Source: Eledone cirrhosa (Eukaryota). From it: DNA of 64,000 nucleotides. Location of the stretch: the NCBI GenBank assembly GCA_964016885.1, contig OZ024764.1:24552001-24616000 (forward strand), read 5' to 3'. Every line of letters begins with the position of its first letter. The first letter of the stretch is position 1. The notes beneath the pieces are model-generated. The model made no database searches, was not told the origin of the DNA, and saw only the letters and a program-made list of their open reading frames with translations. Both the position numbers and the translations under genes were made by a program. Positions 1 to 11,929 of this stretch are shown one piece after another.

Positions 1-139
1 TATATAAGAACCGTAGAAATAAATATATATATATATATATATTATAAAATGTAAGCTATCGCCGTATTTTGACTAAAGAAATTATTTAGCCTGATAGTGG
101 GGTTAAGAACCCTTGGAGAAATGGAAAAAGATGAGTATT

Positions 140-210
140 AACGTACATGGGAGTCGAACCCACATCTTTGGTTATCCAGACCACTGTTCTACCATTTGCA
201 CCAACACATC
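140..210 (-). pseudogene. tRNA-like sequence (tRNA pseudogene or SINE head)
   Basis: Minus strand has A box TGGTGCAAATGG, T-arm GTGGG-TTCGACT-CCCAT and anticodon arm TGGT-CTGGATA-ACCA; acceptor stem is mostly G.U pairs; lies inside a repeat. Confidence 0.6.
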
Positions 211-370
211 ACCCGTCTTTTTCCATTCAAATTAGAAGCTATAAACTTAGCGACTGTAATGTCAAGTAAGAATAGTTTCGAAACAGCGAGCGGGTTTGAA
301 ATTATTATAAAATGTAAGCTATCGCCGTATTTTGACTAAAGAAATTAAAGAAATTATTTAGCCTGATAGT

Positions 371-1134
371 AGGTATCAGATGCTGAATTTGCCGACGACA
401 TAGTTTTGGTGACAAATACAGTGAAGGAGGCAGAGTATTCGATGCAGGAGGTTGAGACTGTGTCGATGAGTGTGGGGCTGAGAATGAATGAGACTAAAAC
501 AAAATATCTGGTAGAGAATGTTGAGAAGCCAGAAGGGATCACTAATGTAGGTGGGAAGCCACTAGGACTTCCTGTATTTGGGAGCAAAGATTGGGAATAC
601 AGAAGATGATGTGGTTGATAGGAAGAGCAAAGCCTAGGCGGTGTGCCACAGCTTGAGATCGGTGTGGAAGTCGAACCTTCGTAAAGACCTGAAAATCCAC
701 CTCTTCATTGCTGTAGTGGAGTCTGTGCTACTGTACGGGTCTGAGACTTGGATACTGACCAAGAAACTCACTCAGATGGTGGATGGGTGCTACACAAGAA
801 TGCTGAGGATGGCTCTGAACATTAATCAGTATACACTGAGGATGAAAAACTCAGAGCTGTATGGGAGCCTCCCAAAAGTCAGCTCAAAAGTGACACAGAG
901 GAGACTGAGGTTAGCTGGACATGCTCACCGACATCCAGAGTTGACATTGCACTCAGTGCTCCTGTGGGGGCCCCTACATGGACACACTGGAAGAGGAAGA
1001 CCAAGGTTAACGTATGTTGATGCCCTAAGGACAGACACTGGTCTGTTGGAGACGTAGGACATGGCAGCGATAATGAGGGACAGAGACCGCTGGAGAGAAC
1101 TCGTCCATGGATCTCGGGAATTTTACCCGCCCTA
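371..1134 (+). mobile_element. 5'-truncated RTE-clade LINE (RT C-terminal half, with stops) with 6-bp TSD GATAGT
   Basis: EFADDI near 385; VLLYGSETW, RRLRLAGH and GRGRPRLTY motifs; GATAGT at 365-370 and 1135-1140. Confidence 0.85.
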
Positions 1135-1297
1135 GATAGTGGGGTTAAGAACCCTCGGAGAAATGGAAAAAGATGAATATTGACGTACATGCTAACTGGC
1201 TAAATAATTTCTTTAATTTCTTTAGTCAAAATACGGCGATAGCTTACATTTATAATCATTTCAAACCCGCTCGCTGTTTCGAAAATATTCTTACTTT

Positions 1298-1370
<73 letters not shown>

Positions 1371-1371
<1 letters not shown>

Positions 1372-1716
1372 GTAGAAGGTGAGTAATATTGTAGAACAAT
1401 AAAACTATGCATATATCAGATAAGTAGCACTCAACTGTTGGTAGAACTGGAGTATATATATATAAAGAAGAAATTAAAAGATGGTTAAAAGAGTTCCATA
1501 TATATTATTATGCGCATTTCGAATACAAAATCATCCTGGGACAAAAATTGTGTTCTCATCAGATAAAATAAGGTAACACGATATGAGGCATAATAAAACT
1601 TATCATCTTACCTTATTTTATCTGATAAGAACACATTTTTGTCCCAGGATGATTTTGTATTCGAAATGCGCATAATAATATATATGGAACTCTTTTAACC
1701 ATTTTTTTAATTTCTT

Positions 1717-1730
<14 letters not shown>
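1371..1730. mobile_element. Fold-back element with hammerhead motifs in its inverted arms, between (TA)n tracts
   Basis: About 1455-1575 is inverted at about 1608-1730; related copy at about 57480-57760. Confidence 0.7.
1501..1570 (-). ncRNA. Minimal type-I hammerhead ribozyme motif
   Basis: TATTTTAT-CTGATGA-G[stem II]C-GAAA-TGCGCA-TA-ATAATATA; the inverted + copy at 1614-1682 has a core mutation (CTGATAA). Confidence 0.7.
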
Positions 1731-1767
<37 letters not shown>

Positions 1768-2009
1768 CTAGCAGAGTTTAGCCCGGCGTTGCTCGGGTTT
1801 ATTCATTTGCTATGAAAAGTTACATACAGGTAAACGTGGCTTGAAAGTGAATAAGCTTATCAATTAAGTGCATAAAGCAGTTGAACCGGTTATTAAAAGT
1901 TATGAACCAATTAGCATTTTGGTCAATCAATGATGGGTTAATCTTCCAATAGCGAATTTAGCAGACCAAAGTTGCAAGATGGTGGCCCTGATGCCGCTGG
2001 GTGTCACAT

Positions 2010-4959
2010 CTATCCGCCATGGGTGACCCTACCAGGAAATAGTTTTCCAGACGACATAGCTCCAACACCTGCACCAACATCTATAGCACCTCTTTGTAGA
2101 CGATATTGCGTGTCATCCCTTGAGGAGTGTAAGCCAAAAGTGCATTCCTGCTCCCTACGTGGGAACAGGCAACAAAGTTGACCATGGGAGAAGCATGGCT
2201 CCCCCAAATGGATGCCCGCCACCGACAATGTTTGCCCTTGTGACTTGTTAATGGACATGGTAAAACATGGTCTCATCGGGAATTGGGATCGCCAGAAATC
2301 GAACGGGATATCTGATGCCGAGGGGAAAAGGTTCATCCTTGGAATGAAAACATTCTCCCCTCTCCCGCACCCTGTTACAATGGGGGCCTCAATCAAGTGG
2401 GGCGTCAGTGACTTGACGACCATGCGAGTACCGTTGCACTGCTTTGGTGGGCGCGATTTCCTTATTAGCATAATGAGACAGCCAACCCTAAGCTTAAGAA
2501 TGTGAGGTGGGAGCCCTGGGGGCTCAAGGGAATTTAATAACTCAACCAGATAATTAACGATATCGTCGGGGTCTGACGTCCGGTCAATAGATTTGAAGAT
2601 GTGCTCTTTACCGGGAATCTTCTCAATCAGCTGCTCGTTAATAAAATTAACCATGGCATTTTTTGGAGCAAGGATGGCTCTTGCGCTGAGCCAATCAAAG
2701 TTTTTAAAGTTAGATGAGACATTAGGAAAAACTGCCTCCCAAAGGTCAGAAGGGCTGCTCACAATGTTGCACAGGGAGTCGATTGCTATGCCGCCCTTGT
2801 CATCCGCAGGGACCTTGCCCTCACCAAGTGCTAAAATGTTCTGAGCAAATGCTGCAGACATGTTGTCACCATGCAAATGAGCACGCATATTTGTGCTCAG
2901 GTACAAAGTCTTCACCTGGGGCCATAACGTGGACGACTTAAGGCAGGCACGCACTTCATCAGCTCTTGTCCCTTTGGGTATGACAGGCAGCGTTTGCCAA
3001 AAATCCCCTGATAGCAGAAGGGTTACGCCACCGATAGGAGCCGTAAAATCCCTGTCTTTCAGGGTCCTGTCCAATGCCTCAAGGGCACCCTTGTGTGCCA
3101 TTGTGCACTAATCCCAAACAATGAGGCAACATTTTTTGAGAACCAGAGCTTCGTGTGAGCTCTTGCTGATATTGCATGTTGGTGTCTCAGTTTTTACTAA
3201 ATCCAAGGCGAGTTTAAAGGTTGAATGTGCTGTCCTGCCTCCCGGCAGCAAAGTAACAGCGATCCCGGACGATGCAACGGCCAACGCACTTTTTTTCTCC
3301 CGACGAATCTTAGCAGGAATCAATTTTGTTACAAAAGTTTTTCCGGTACCCCAAGAGCATCGAGAAAGTAAATACCCCCAGTCTGATTTTGAACTGCGTC
3401 AATGATAGTTAAATAGGCCAACCTTTGGTCCGACAGACGTTTGGGCTCATTTTCCTCTAAGTATTGGGAAAGAGATTCGATGTCATATGTTGTTTCCCGC
3501 AACAAATCCGGGGCCAACGTGTTAGCTTCATCTGTGACGGTTGACGGCAAGCCATATGTCGCCAACTCACTCCCACCCATGTCAAGGAGGGCATCCTCGA
3601 TATCAATGAGTGCCCAGTTGTAGATAATGCCGCTGTAAGCAACTTCCACTGAAGGATACTGCTTTCCTGAGCCAGGCGCAGGAAATCCTCAGACATGAAG
3701 TCTCTGTACTGACCCATAAAGATTTGGGATCACCCAATTCACACTTTTGAAGCAAAATAGCAAAGAGTCCCCGTAGACCTTTAGGGGATTTCAACAAAGC
3801 ACCCTCTGCTAAAGTGGAATCCCATTGCGAATCATCTTCCAAAAGACCACGCTTGAAGCAGGCTTCCCGGTACGTATCACATATTTCTCCATCAACAGTT
3901 TTGAGGTCCTGAAAACTTTGTGGGCCTACAACTTCATGCAGAAGAAGGCGAAGATGAAAGCTCTCATGCTGACTTGGGGGCACAGTGTAAACCCTTCCAA
4001 GACAGCTGTCAAATTTTACACCAGGATGTCTTTCAACAGCCTGACCTGACTTTCTTCGCACCCAAGTGTTTTTCGACCATATAAAGTCGGATGGAACCTG
4101 GGGTACACAATTGTTTGCGCAAATGTATCGAACTGGCAAAGTTTGAAGAAACCCATCAGGGTGGTCTCTTTCGGATCAGCGGCCAACTTGGCGGCGGTTT
4201 GGTGCGTAAAGTAAACCCTTTGCCCATTTTCCAAATGTACCGCAAGCTGTACGATGGCAGGGTGCCGTTGGTGTAGGGGGAAACCAAATAGGCGCCAAAA
4301 AGCTTCATTGCTACTGATGTACCGCCCCACCAGGTATTCTGTGACCTCATCAGAGACCTTATTTACATATTTGCATATGTATTTTATCGACTTGACGGAG
4401 TTGCAAAACTCAACGTTGATGTGGATGTTGAACATCTTCAAGAGAAGGGACCACCCATCTATTGTCGACTTGACCTCCCTTTACTGTTGTGGTGAAGCCA
4501 CCGTTCTCGGGCCGTCTCCGCCTGTACAGGGGCTACCCATCGCCACCAGTCTGAGTCTTGTCAACAAATTCTTTTGGGTATCCCTTACTGCATGACCCCC
4601 CCCCCTTTTCAGACATGTGTGATGCTCATTAGGACCCGACGCACACGGTCCGTGTTAGCTTTGACGATGTCATGTAATTCCTGGTCAGTTGCTGGGTTAG
4701 GGATTTCAGCCGAAATGAAGCTGTCTATGGCATTTGAATTGATTTTATCAGCTAACCAAATCAAAATGTGAGCATGTGGCAGCCCTCGTTTTTGCCATTC
4801 GATGGTGAACATGTCACATTTTACAGCCCCAAACACCTGACCCTTTTTTATTAAAGCCATGAGTTTAGCCAGTTTCAGTCTGAACACTCTGGCAATGAGG
4901 TCATGTCTGTTCGAATAATTTTGCCCAGGAAAAAGTTCACGGGTTACATTCTGATTCAT
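2010..4959 (-). pseudogene. Helitron Rep/helicase, frameshifted
   Basis: IEWQKRGLPHAHIL (HUH motif), KYICKYVNK (catalytic Tyr motif), AVASSGIAVTLLPGGRTAHS, LSGDFWQTLPV and SINKSQGQT (PIF1) spread across several broken ORFs. Confidence 0.9.
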
Positions 4960-5066
4960 ATGTGTATAGCATTAATCTGTTATATGAAGTGTTATTTTGG
5001 GGGTTATTTGCAATAAGCCGATTGAAAATGCCCCAGATAAGCCGTATGTCAATACGGAACGCTCCA

Positions 5067-5475
5067 CTGCAGTGTTGTCATATAGGGAGTGAAGAGCGAC
5101 AGAGAGAGTAAAGCAGTTAAATTATAGACAGGGGGAATATACGGAACGTTCCATTTGATCATATACATTGTTTCTCTCTCTGCAGTGTTGTCATATAGGG
5201 AGTGAAGAGCGACAGAGAGTAAAGCAGGTAAATTATAGGGAGGGGGAATATAAGGAACGCTCCATTTGATCATATACATTGTTTCTCTCTCTGCAGTGTT
5301 GTCATATAGGGAGTGAAGAGCGACAGAGAGTAAAGCAGGTAAATTATAGGGAGGGGGAATATAAGGAACGCTCCATTTGATCATATACATTGTTTCTCTC
5401 TCTGCAGTGTTGTTATATAGGGAGTGAAGAGCGACAGAGAGAGTAAAGCAGTTAAATTATAGAGAGGGGGAATGA
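5067..5475. repeat. 111-bp tandem repeat (about 3.7 copies) inside the Helitron 5' region
   Basis: CTGCAGTGTTGTCATATAGG recurs at 5180 and 5291. Confidence 0.9.
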
Positions 5476-6005
5476 TCATGATCGATTTTTGCCTTTATTG
5501 TTGATTGATTTGACATTTTTTTGCTTCATGACCTTCTCCTGACCAAAAACAATAATTGTCCCAACTTTGAATAGAATCCGTTGGAAATTGTGGACGTGAA
5601 TCCGTTACAAACCTTAACACACACATCCTCAGCTTTATATATATAGATATATGTCTGTGTGTATCATCATCATTATCATTACTGTTTAACGCCCATTTTT
5701 GCACAATAGCATGGGTTAGAAAAGTTGTCCCCTTGTGAGACAAGCTAGGTCAGGTGACCATGTCTTGCTCAGACAGAACTGTTTCTGACTTGGTTTCTAC
5801 TGCCCCCCTCAGTGTCAACCACATTTACACTGTATTTTAATTAATCCATAAAGAATTTTTTACCAGTGCTTAACTGGTGCTTTATTTTATTGACCCCAGA
5901 AGGATGAAAGGCAAAGTTGACCTCACTGGTATTTGAAATAGCCATCACAAATTCTGCAATAGCACTTCATCTGATGCTCTACCAGTTCTTTCAAGACACC
6001 ACTAT

Positions 6006-7080
6006 AGTCTATAGTATCAGAGCTGTGATCTCTCAATTCAGAGATTCTTTCCTGAGACATTCTAACCACATGTCTGTAGTATCAGAGCTGTGATCTCTCA
6101 ATTCAGAGATTCTTTCCTGAGACATTCTAACCACATGTCTGTAGTATCAGAGCTGTGATCTCTCGATTCAGAGATTCTTTCCTCAGACATTCTAACCACA
6201 TGTCTGTAGTGTCAGAGCTGTGATCTCTCAATTCAGAGATTCTTTCCTGAGACATTCTAACCACATGTCTGTAGTATCAAAGCTGTGGTCTCTCAATTCA
6301 GAGATTCTTTCCTGAGACATTCTAACCACATGTCTGTAGTATCAGAGCTGTGATCTCTCAATTCAGAGATTCTTTCCTCAGACATTCTAACCACATGTCT
6401 GTAGTATCAGAGCTGTGATCTCTCAATCCAGAGATTCTTTCCTCAGACATGCTAACCACATGTCTGTAGTATCAGAGCTGTGATCTCTCAATTCAGAGAT
6501 TCTTTCCTCAGACATTCTAACCACATGTCTGTAGTATCAGAGCTGTCATCTCTCAATCCAGAGATTCTTTCCTCAGACATTCTAACCACATGTCTGTAGT
6601 ATCAGAGCTGTGATCTCTCAATTCAGAGATTCTTTCCTGAGACATTCTAACCACATGTCTGTAGTATCAGAGCTGTGATCTCTCAATCCAGAGATTCTTT
6701 CTTGAGACATTCTAACCACATGTCTGTAGTATCAGAGCTGTGATCTCTTAATTCATAGATTCTTTCCTGAGAGATTCTAACCACATGTCTGTAGTATCAG
6801 AGCTGTGGTCTCTCAATTCAGAGATTCTTTCCTGAGAGATTCTAACCACATGTCTGTAGTATCAGAGCTGTGGTCTCTCAATTCAGAGATTCTTTCCTCA
6901 GACATTCTAACCACATGTCTGTAGTATCAGAGCTGTGATCTCTCAATTCAGAGATTCTTTCCTGAGACATTCTAACCACATGTCTGTAGTATCAGAGCTG
7001 TGATCTCTCGATTTAGAGATTCTTTCCTCAGACATTCTAACCCCATGTCTGTAGTATCAGAGCTGTGATCTTTCAATTCG
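6006..7080 (+). repeat. 65-bp minisatellite (about 16 copies)
   Basis: Unit GTAGTATCAGAGCTGTGATCTCTCAATTCAGAGATTCTTTCCTGAGACATTCTAACCACATGTCT; unit starts at 6011 and 6076. Confidence 0.95.
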
Positions 7081-7464
7081 AAGAAGTAGCAGCTCTACCT
7101 GGAGTGAGTCTGATCTCCGAGCTATGCACTTTATCGAGTAAAGTTATTCCAGAAACCCTTTGGAGGGACCCCTTTCTTTACCATATTTCTAATATATGAT
7201 GCAGTATATTGTTTTAAAATAATATCTACTAATATATAATTGTTTCTAATTTTGGCACAAGGCCAGCAACTACCGCAGTACATTACTGGTACTTTATTTT
7301 ATCGACCTCATAAGGATGAAAGGCAGGCTTTGAACTCAAACCGTAAAGGGGTGTAACTCTACTAATATATAATGCTGTTGTGTTTTTGTCCATCACGCAA
7401 AGGGAGGTAACTTATCTATGTTTGAGTATAAATATACATACATATATATATACATTATACAAAA

Positions 7465-7652
7465 TAATTGTTTATACTTCTGGCACAAGGCCAGCAATTA
7501 TCCAGTGTATTACTGCTACTTTATTTTATCGACCCTGTAAGGATGAAAGGCAAAGTTAACCTCGGCGGGATTTGAACTCAGAATGGCAAGGGCCGTAACT
7601 CTATGCTAGAAAGCATGGCGTCCGACCCCTACCGATACTGTCAATCCACGAT
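7465..7652 (-). mobile_element. tRNA-derived SINE (same family at about 5850-6003, 7240-7360, 15229-15400 and 47765-47845)
   Basis: Minus strand GTGGATTGACAGTATCGGTAG (A box), GAGTTCAAATCC (B box), tail ATAAAATAAAGTA...CTGGCCTTGTGCCA. Confidence 0.75.
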
Positions 7653-7964
7653 TACATACATGTAATAAGTGTGGAAACTATAGAAAACAGAGAACAGCGT
7701 TTGCTACACCTCGGTTACTCATACATATATAAATGTATACATATAGATTTATACATATACAAATGCATATGTATATGTTTGTATACATGTGTGTATATAT
7801 ATATATATATAATGAAGGAAGTGTGATAAGGAACCAGGTAGACCATAATGCACCAGAGTACTCAATACTTGAAACGGCTTGAGCTCTGCCGTCGGGGTCT
7901 TGAACATTTTCCTATATATATATATATATATGTGAGAAAAACCACAGACCCTCCATCTCAACTC

Positions 7965-8004
7965 TACTTTTGAAAAGCAGAACAACTGCGAAACCGGTAA
8001 AGGA
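7965..8004 (+). ncRNA. Degenerate minimal hammerhead motif
   Basis: TACTT-TTGAAAA-GCAG(AACAA)CTGC-GAAA-CCGG-TA-AAGGA; two core substitutions relative to CTGAAGA. Confidence 0.4.
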
Positions 8005-8324
8005 ACCAAATAAATATATATATTTAAAAAAAAAATAAGACTCCAGTTGCATTTTCGATTTCATCTTTTTTTCTTTATACTTTCACTCGTGTAGGACACC
8101 TCGGTTATTTTTCATTTTGTAAAAAAAACCTCACTTTCTAATATATATATATCATCATCATCATCATCATCAACGTTTAACGTCCGTGTTCCACGCTTGC
8201 ATGGGTTTGGACGGGGGTAGTCCCACTTGAGGCAAGAGTGATTGTCTTGCTCGCATAGGACTGTCTGGCAGGTTTTCTACAGTTGGATGCCCTTCCTAAC
8301 ACCAACCACATTTACAGTGTGGGT

Positions 8325-8383
<59 letters not shown>

Positions 8384-8509
8384 GTAGAAAACTGGAAGGT
8401 AATATCCGTAGTGGTAGAGCACTCAGTCCATGGGACGAGTTAGGTAGAAGTGGTTACACAACAGTTTGTTCACCATACCGAGAACAATTGTTTCACCTTA
8501 GCGGATCCT

Positions 8510-9015
8510 CAGCTTGCAAGGGTGGGATGGGTATTATTCAGCACAGCATCTCTCCACAGGTCACGGTCCTTCGTCATCTCCTCCGTGAGTTTCAGTGATC
8601 TGAGGTCTCCTCTCACCACCTCCGCCCATATTTTTCGTGGTCTTCCTCTACTGTGTCTTCCTTCTACTGGCATTTCTTGGCACTTCTTCACCCATCGCTC
8701 ATCCGCCATGTGTATCACATCTCCATACCATCTCAGCCTTCTTTCCTACACACCACAACTTATCCCTCTTAAACACAGTTTCTCTCTCAACTCATCCATG
8801 CATGGTCGTTGACACACATTGACATTGCACATCCAACAGAGCATGCTTGCCTCATTTCTCTCCAGCTGTCACATATCTTCTGCAGTTGCTGCCCAAGTCT
8901 CACTACCATGCAGCATCGCGCATCTCACACAGGCATCATATAACCGGCCTTTCGCTTGTAGGGAGAAACCCTTCTTTGTCAACAGAGGAAGCAGCTCCCT
9001 AAACTTCTTCCATCC
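8510..9015 (-). mobile_element. RTE-clade LINE 3' fragment
   Basis: ERWVKKC...SRGRPRKIWAEVV...DRDLWR; homologous to 50047-50410 and 51390-51880. Confidence 0.8.
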
Positions 9016-9059
9016 GTCCTTATATATATACCATTATCATGATATATGTGTGTGTGTGT

Positions 9060-9235
9060 ATATCTATCTATCTATCTAAGGCGGGTGAAATTCCCGAGAT
9101 CCATGGACGAGTTCTCTCCAGCGGTCTCTGTCCCTCATTATCGCTGCCATGTCCTGTGTCTCCAACAGACCAGTGTCTGTCCTTAGGGCATCAACATACA
9201 TTAACCTTGGTCTTCCTCTTCTAGTGTGTCCATGT
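9060..9235 (-). mobile_element. 3' end of the same RTE family as 371-1134, with (TAGA)n tail
   Basis: Near-identical reverse complement of about 977-1134, followed by TAGATAGATAGA on the minus strand. Confidence 0.85.
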
Positions 9236-10159
9236 ATGTTATGTTGGTACCACAAAGCACCCAGCCCACACTGTAAACTGGTTTCCACAAGGAAGGACAG
9301 CTGTAGAAACAGTTCTATATGAGCAAGACATGGTCACCCAACCCAACTTGACTCTAAATGGGACAAACGTATCTAACCCATGGAAGATGGACGTTAAATG
9401 AAGATGATGCACATACACACACACACATATACACACACACACGCACTCACACAAATATATGTGTGTTCATATGTCATAATTATTTTTGACCAGTTTTCTT
9501 AGATTGGCTATACTTGTATGTGTGTGAGTGTATGTGTATGTGAGTGTGTGAGTATGTGTGTGAGTGTATGTGTATGTGAGTGTGTGAGTATGTGTGTGTG
9601 AGTGTATGTGTATGTGAGTGTGTGAGTATGTGTGTGTGAGTGTGTGAGTGTATGTGTATGTGAGTGTGTGAGTATGTGTGTGTGAGTGTGTGAGTGTGTG
9701 TGTATGTGTGTGTGAGTGTATGTGTGTGTGAGTGTGAGTATGTGTGTGTGAGTGTGCCTATGAGATTTTGATATTATTTATTTTGAGAACAATACCTTAA
9801 CATCGGTATGAGTGTCCAGTTATGGCTGTTTGAGCAGAAAGAGGTGAGAGAATACTGGCCGGTTTAACCCTTTACCATTTACATTACTCTATATATACTA
9901 TTGTACTGTCACAGTAAAGGCTTTACCTCACATAATTATCTCACATAACATCTCGTATACGAGAGACGTGTGTTGACGTGTGTGAACAAGCTCGGATACC
10001 GAGTCGGATTTACTTACTCAAAAGTGAGTTTTGATTAATTTTTATACTGTAATATACATTAACCCCTTGCCTTGGTCGTCAAACTTTGAGTTTATTTATT
10101 TTCGCCCCTTTTTGGGGCGAATTTTCCAGTTAAAAATTTATTACGGCAAACTAATAGAA

Positions 10160-11908
10160 ATGGACGGAATTTTCACATCTCATTCTAACGTGAAAGCCAC
10201 GCCCCCTAAGAAAGGTGATACAGAGAAGCTAGAAGCACAAGGCTCTAAGTCTTCCCTCCTGACTTCTGCAAAAGAAACATGGAACACGGAATTAAAAGAA
10301 AAATTTGTAAAAATGGGTGAAAACCCAGAAAGTCACATAAACGCAGACAAAAACAACAACGACAATAACAGCAATAGTCACAACACCAACCAAGGAAAAA
10401 ATAACGATAACACCAAACAAAGCGAACCCACTACTGGTGCCTCCTTTGCACAGGCGGTCCGGAAAACACAAACCTGCAAGCAACTGGACATTACAACTCT
10501 GAGAGAAAAGATGAAGGAAGCGAAACAGTATGTAACTTTCAAAGAAGGAGGAGACTTCACAATCACCTCCCCACAAGAAATCAAAAGAGACACGACGCTA
10601 AGAACGATATCTTTCAGAACAATTTCCAACATAACAAGGAAACCAGCTCAATTATCCCAAAAAGAGATTGAGCTGGTCCTAAAAAATGTGTGGAGTGATA
10701 TATCGTTCATACAAAAAGGGCCACTCTATGGGAATATAACGGTCCTAATGAAGGATCAATTGACGGCCAGGAAATACTCTGTGGCGCCAATTGTTTCCAA
10801 GCTACATACATTTTTCCCCACATATTTAGGGAAAAGAACGCAGAAAATAAGGGTCTCCGGAATCCGGCCAAATGCATGCATTTCCTGGGTACTAACAGGA
10901 TTTTTAGAAGACGAGGACGGAATCCTCTCAGTAGGAGAAGTCACCACAGACGTTTTCGGCGGTTTGAGCGTGGAGGTTCTGGTCCAAATGAGACCAGAAC
11001 GAATAGCTAGAATACCACAGAGGGTGTCCCTCGATGGAGAAACATTTATATACATTTCAGCCGAGGGTAGGAGGCCCATATGTTACTACTGTTCAAGCAG
11101 GGGTCATCTAAGGGCTGCTTGTCCTCAATTGACAAAAAAAAAGGCTCTTTTGCCTACACCCCGCACACCACCACCGCCACCACCACCACCTCCACCACCA
11201 CCACCTCCACCACCACCACCACAACAACAACAAAAACAACACGGAAAAATAACACAAGACACGGCCCCACCCAAAACAACTCCCAAAACACACACAAATA
11301 CAACAAAACCCCAAAATACACCACTACCCAACAGCACGGACGAGGACCCAGCTGAAACGGCACCTAGTGACGAAGAGGGGGGACCCTTCCAACCTGTAAA
11401 AAGGAAAAAAAGAAAGCACCACTCGAACATAAACGAAACAAACACACAACCACCAACAAAAACAAAACAAACAGAACAAACAAAATTCGCCCCACCCCAA
11501 AACATAACACATACAACAAAACGTAAGCACACACAAGAACAACAAACAAACACAACACAAATAAAACAGTATACATACATTAACACAAATAACAAAGAAC
11601 TCGTAAAAACAATACACAAAGACCCTTCGGTGGAAACTGAAGGGCAATTCTTTGCAAGCGCGACCAACAAACCGCATTTAAAAATGATAAGACTCCCAAT
11701 GGACACCTATGCAAAACTAAGAGAGAACTTTCCTGAGGACGTGGGGAAAACATGTACTCGACCCTATAACCGCGTCCTCTTGAAACGTTTCCCCACCCAC
11801 ACCTCACCAAACACCCCCACTCCACCACAGAACAACACCCCACCAAACAACCCCTCCAATACGCCCATGGATATTGTGCAACCTGCTCCTCAGGAGCCGA
11901 ACAGGTAG
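10160..11908 (+). CDS. LINE ORF1 (gag-like nucleic-acid-binding protein with zinc knuckle)
   Basis: Uninterrupted ORF from ATG 10160; SFAQAV motif, CYYCSSRGHLRAAC knuckle, poly-Pro tract, FQPVKRKKRK basic motif. Confidence 0.85.
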   Translation: MDGIFTSHSNVKATPPKKGDTEKLEAQGSKSSLLTSAKETWNTELKEKFVKMGENPESHINADKNNNDNNSNSHNTNQGKNNDNTKQSEPTTGASFAQAVRKTQTCKQLDITTLREKMKEAKQYVTFKEGGDFTITSPQEIKRDTTLRTISFRTISNITRKPAQLSQKEIELVLKNVWSDISFIQKGPLYGNITVLMKDQLTARKYSVAPIVSKLHTFFPTYLGKRTQKIRVSGIRPNACISWVLTGFLEDEDGILSVGEVTTDVFGGLSVEVLVQMRPERIARIPQRVSLDGETFIYISAEGRRPICYYCSSRGHLRAACPQLTKKKALLPTPRTPPPPPPPPPPPPPPPPPPQQQQKQHGKITQDTAPPKTTPKTHTNTTKPQNTPLPNSTDEDPAETAPSDEEGGPFQPVKRKKRKHHSNINETNTQPPTKTKQTEQTKFAPPQNITHTTKRKHTQEQQTNTTQIKQYTYINTNNKELVKTIHKDPSVETEGQFFASATNKPHLKMIRLPMDTYAKLRENFPEDVGKTCTRPYNRVLLKRFPTHTSPNTPTPPQNNTPPNNPSNTPMDIVQPAPQEPNR

Positions 11909-11929
11909 GTCCTTCCTCTTTTAACCAAC

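Larger units (their letters stand above)
40..1290. mobile_element. Non-coding repeat element with direct and inverted arms, interrupted by an RTE fragment
   Basis: 41-98 is repeated at about 304-370; 94-148 is repeated at 1135-1190; 277-363 is repeated inverted at 1197-1284; flanked by (TA)n. Confidence 0.6.
1768..5647 (-). mobile_element. Helitron with both termini, internally deleted and degenerate
   Basis: Minus strand A|TCTATATATAT at 5647; 3' hairpin CCCGAGCAACGCCGGG then CTAG|T at 1771-1768; Rep and PIF1 helicase fragments inside. Confidence 0.9.

Noticed and set aside
140-210. Functional tRNA gene
   Set aside because: Weak acceptor and D stems and embedded in a repeat; treated as a pseudogene or SINE head
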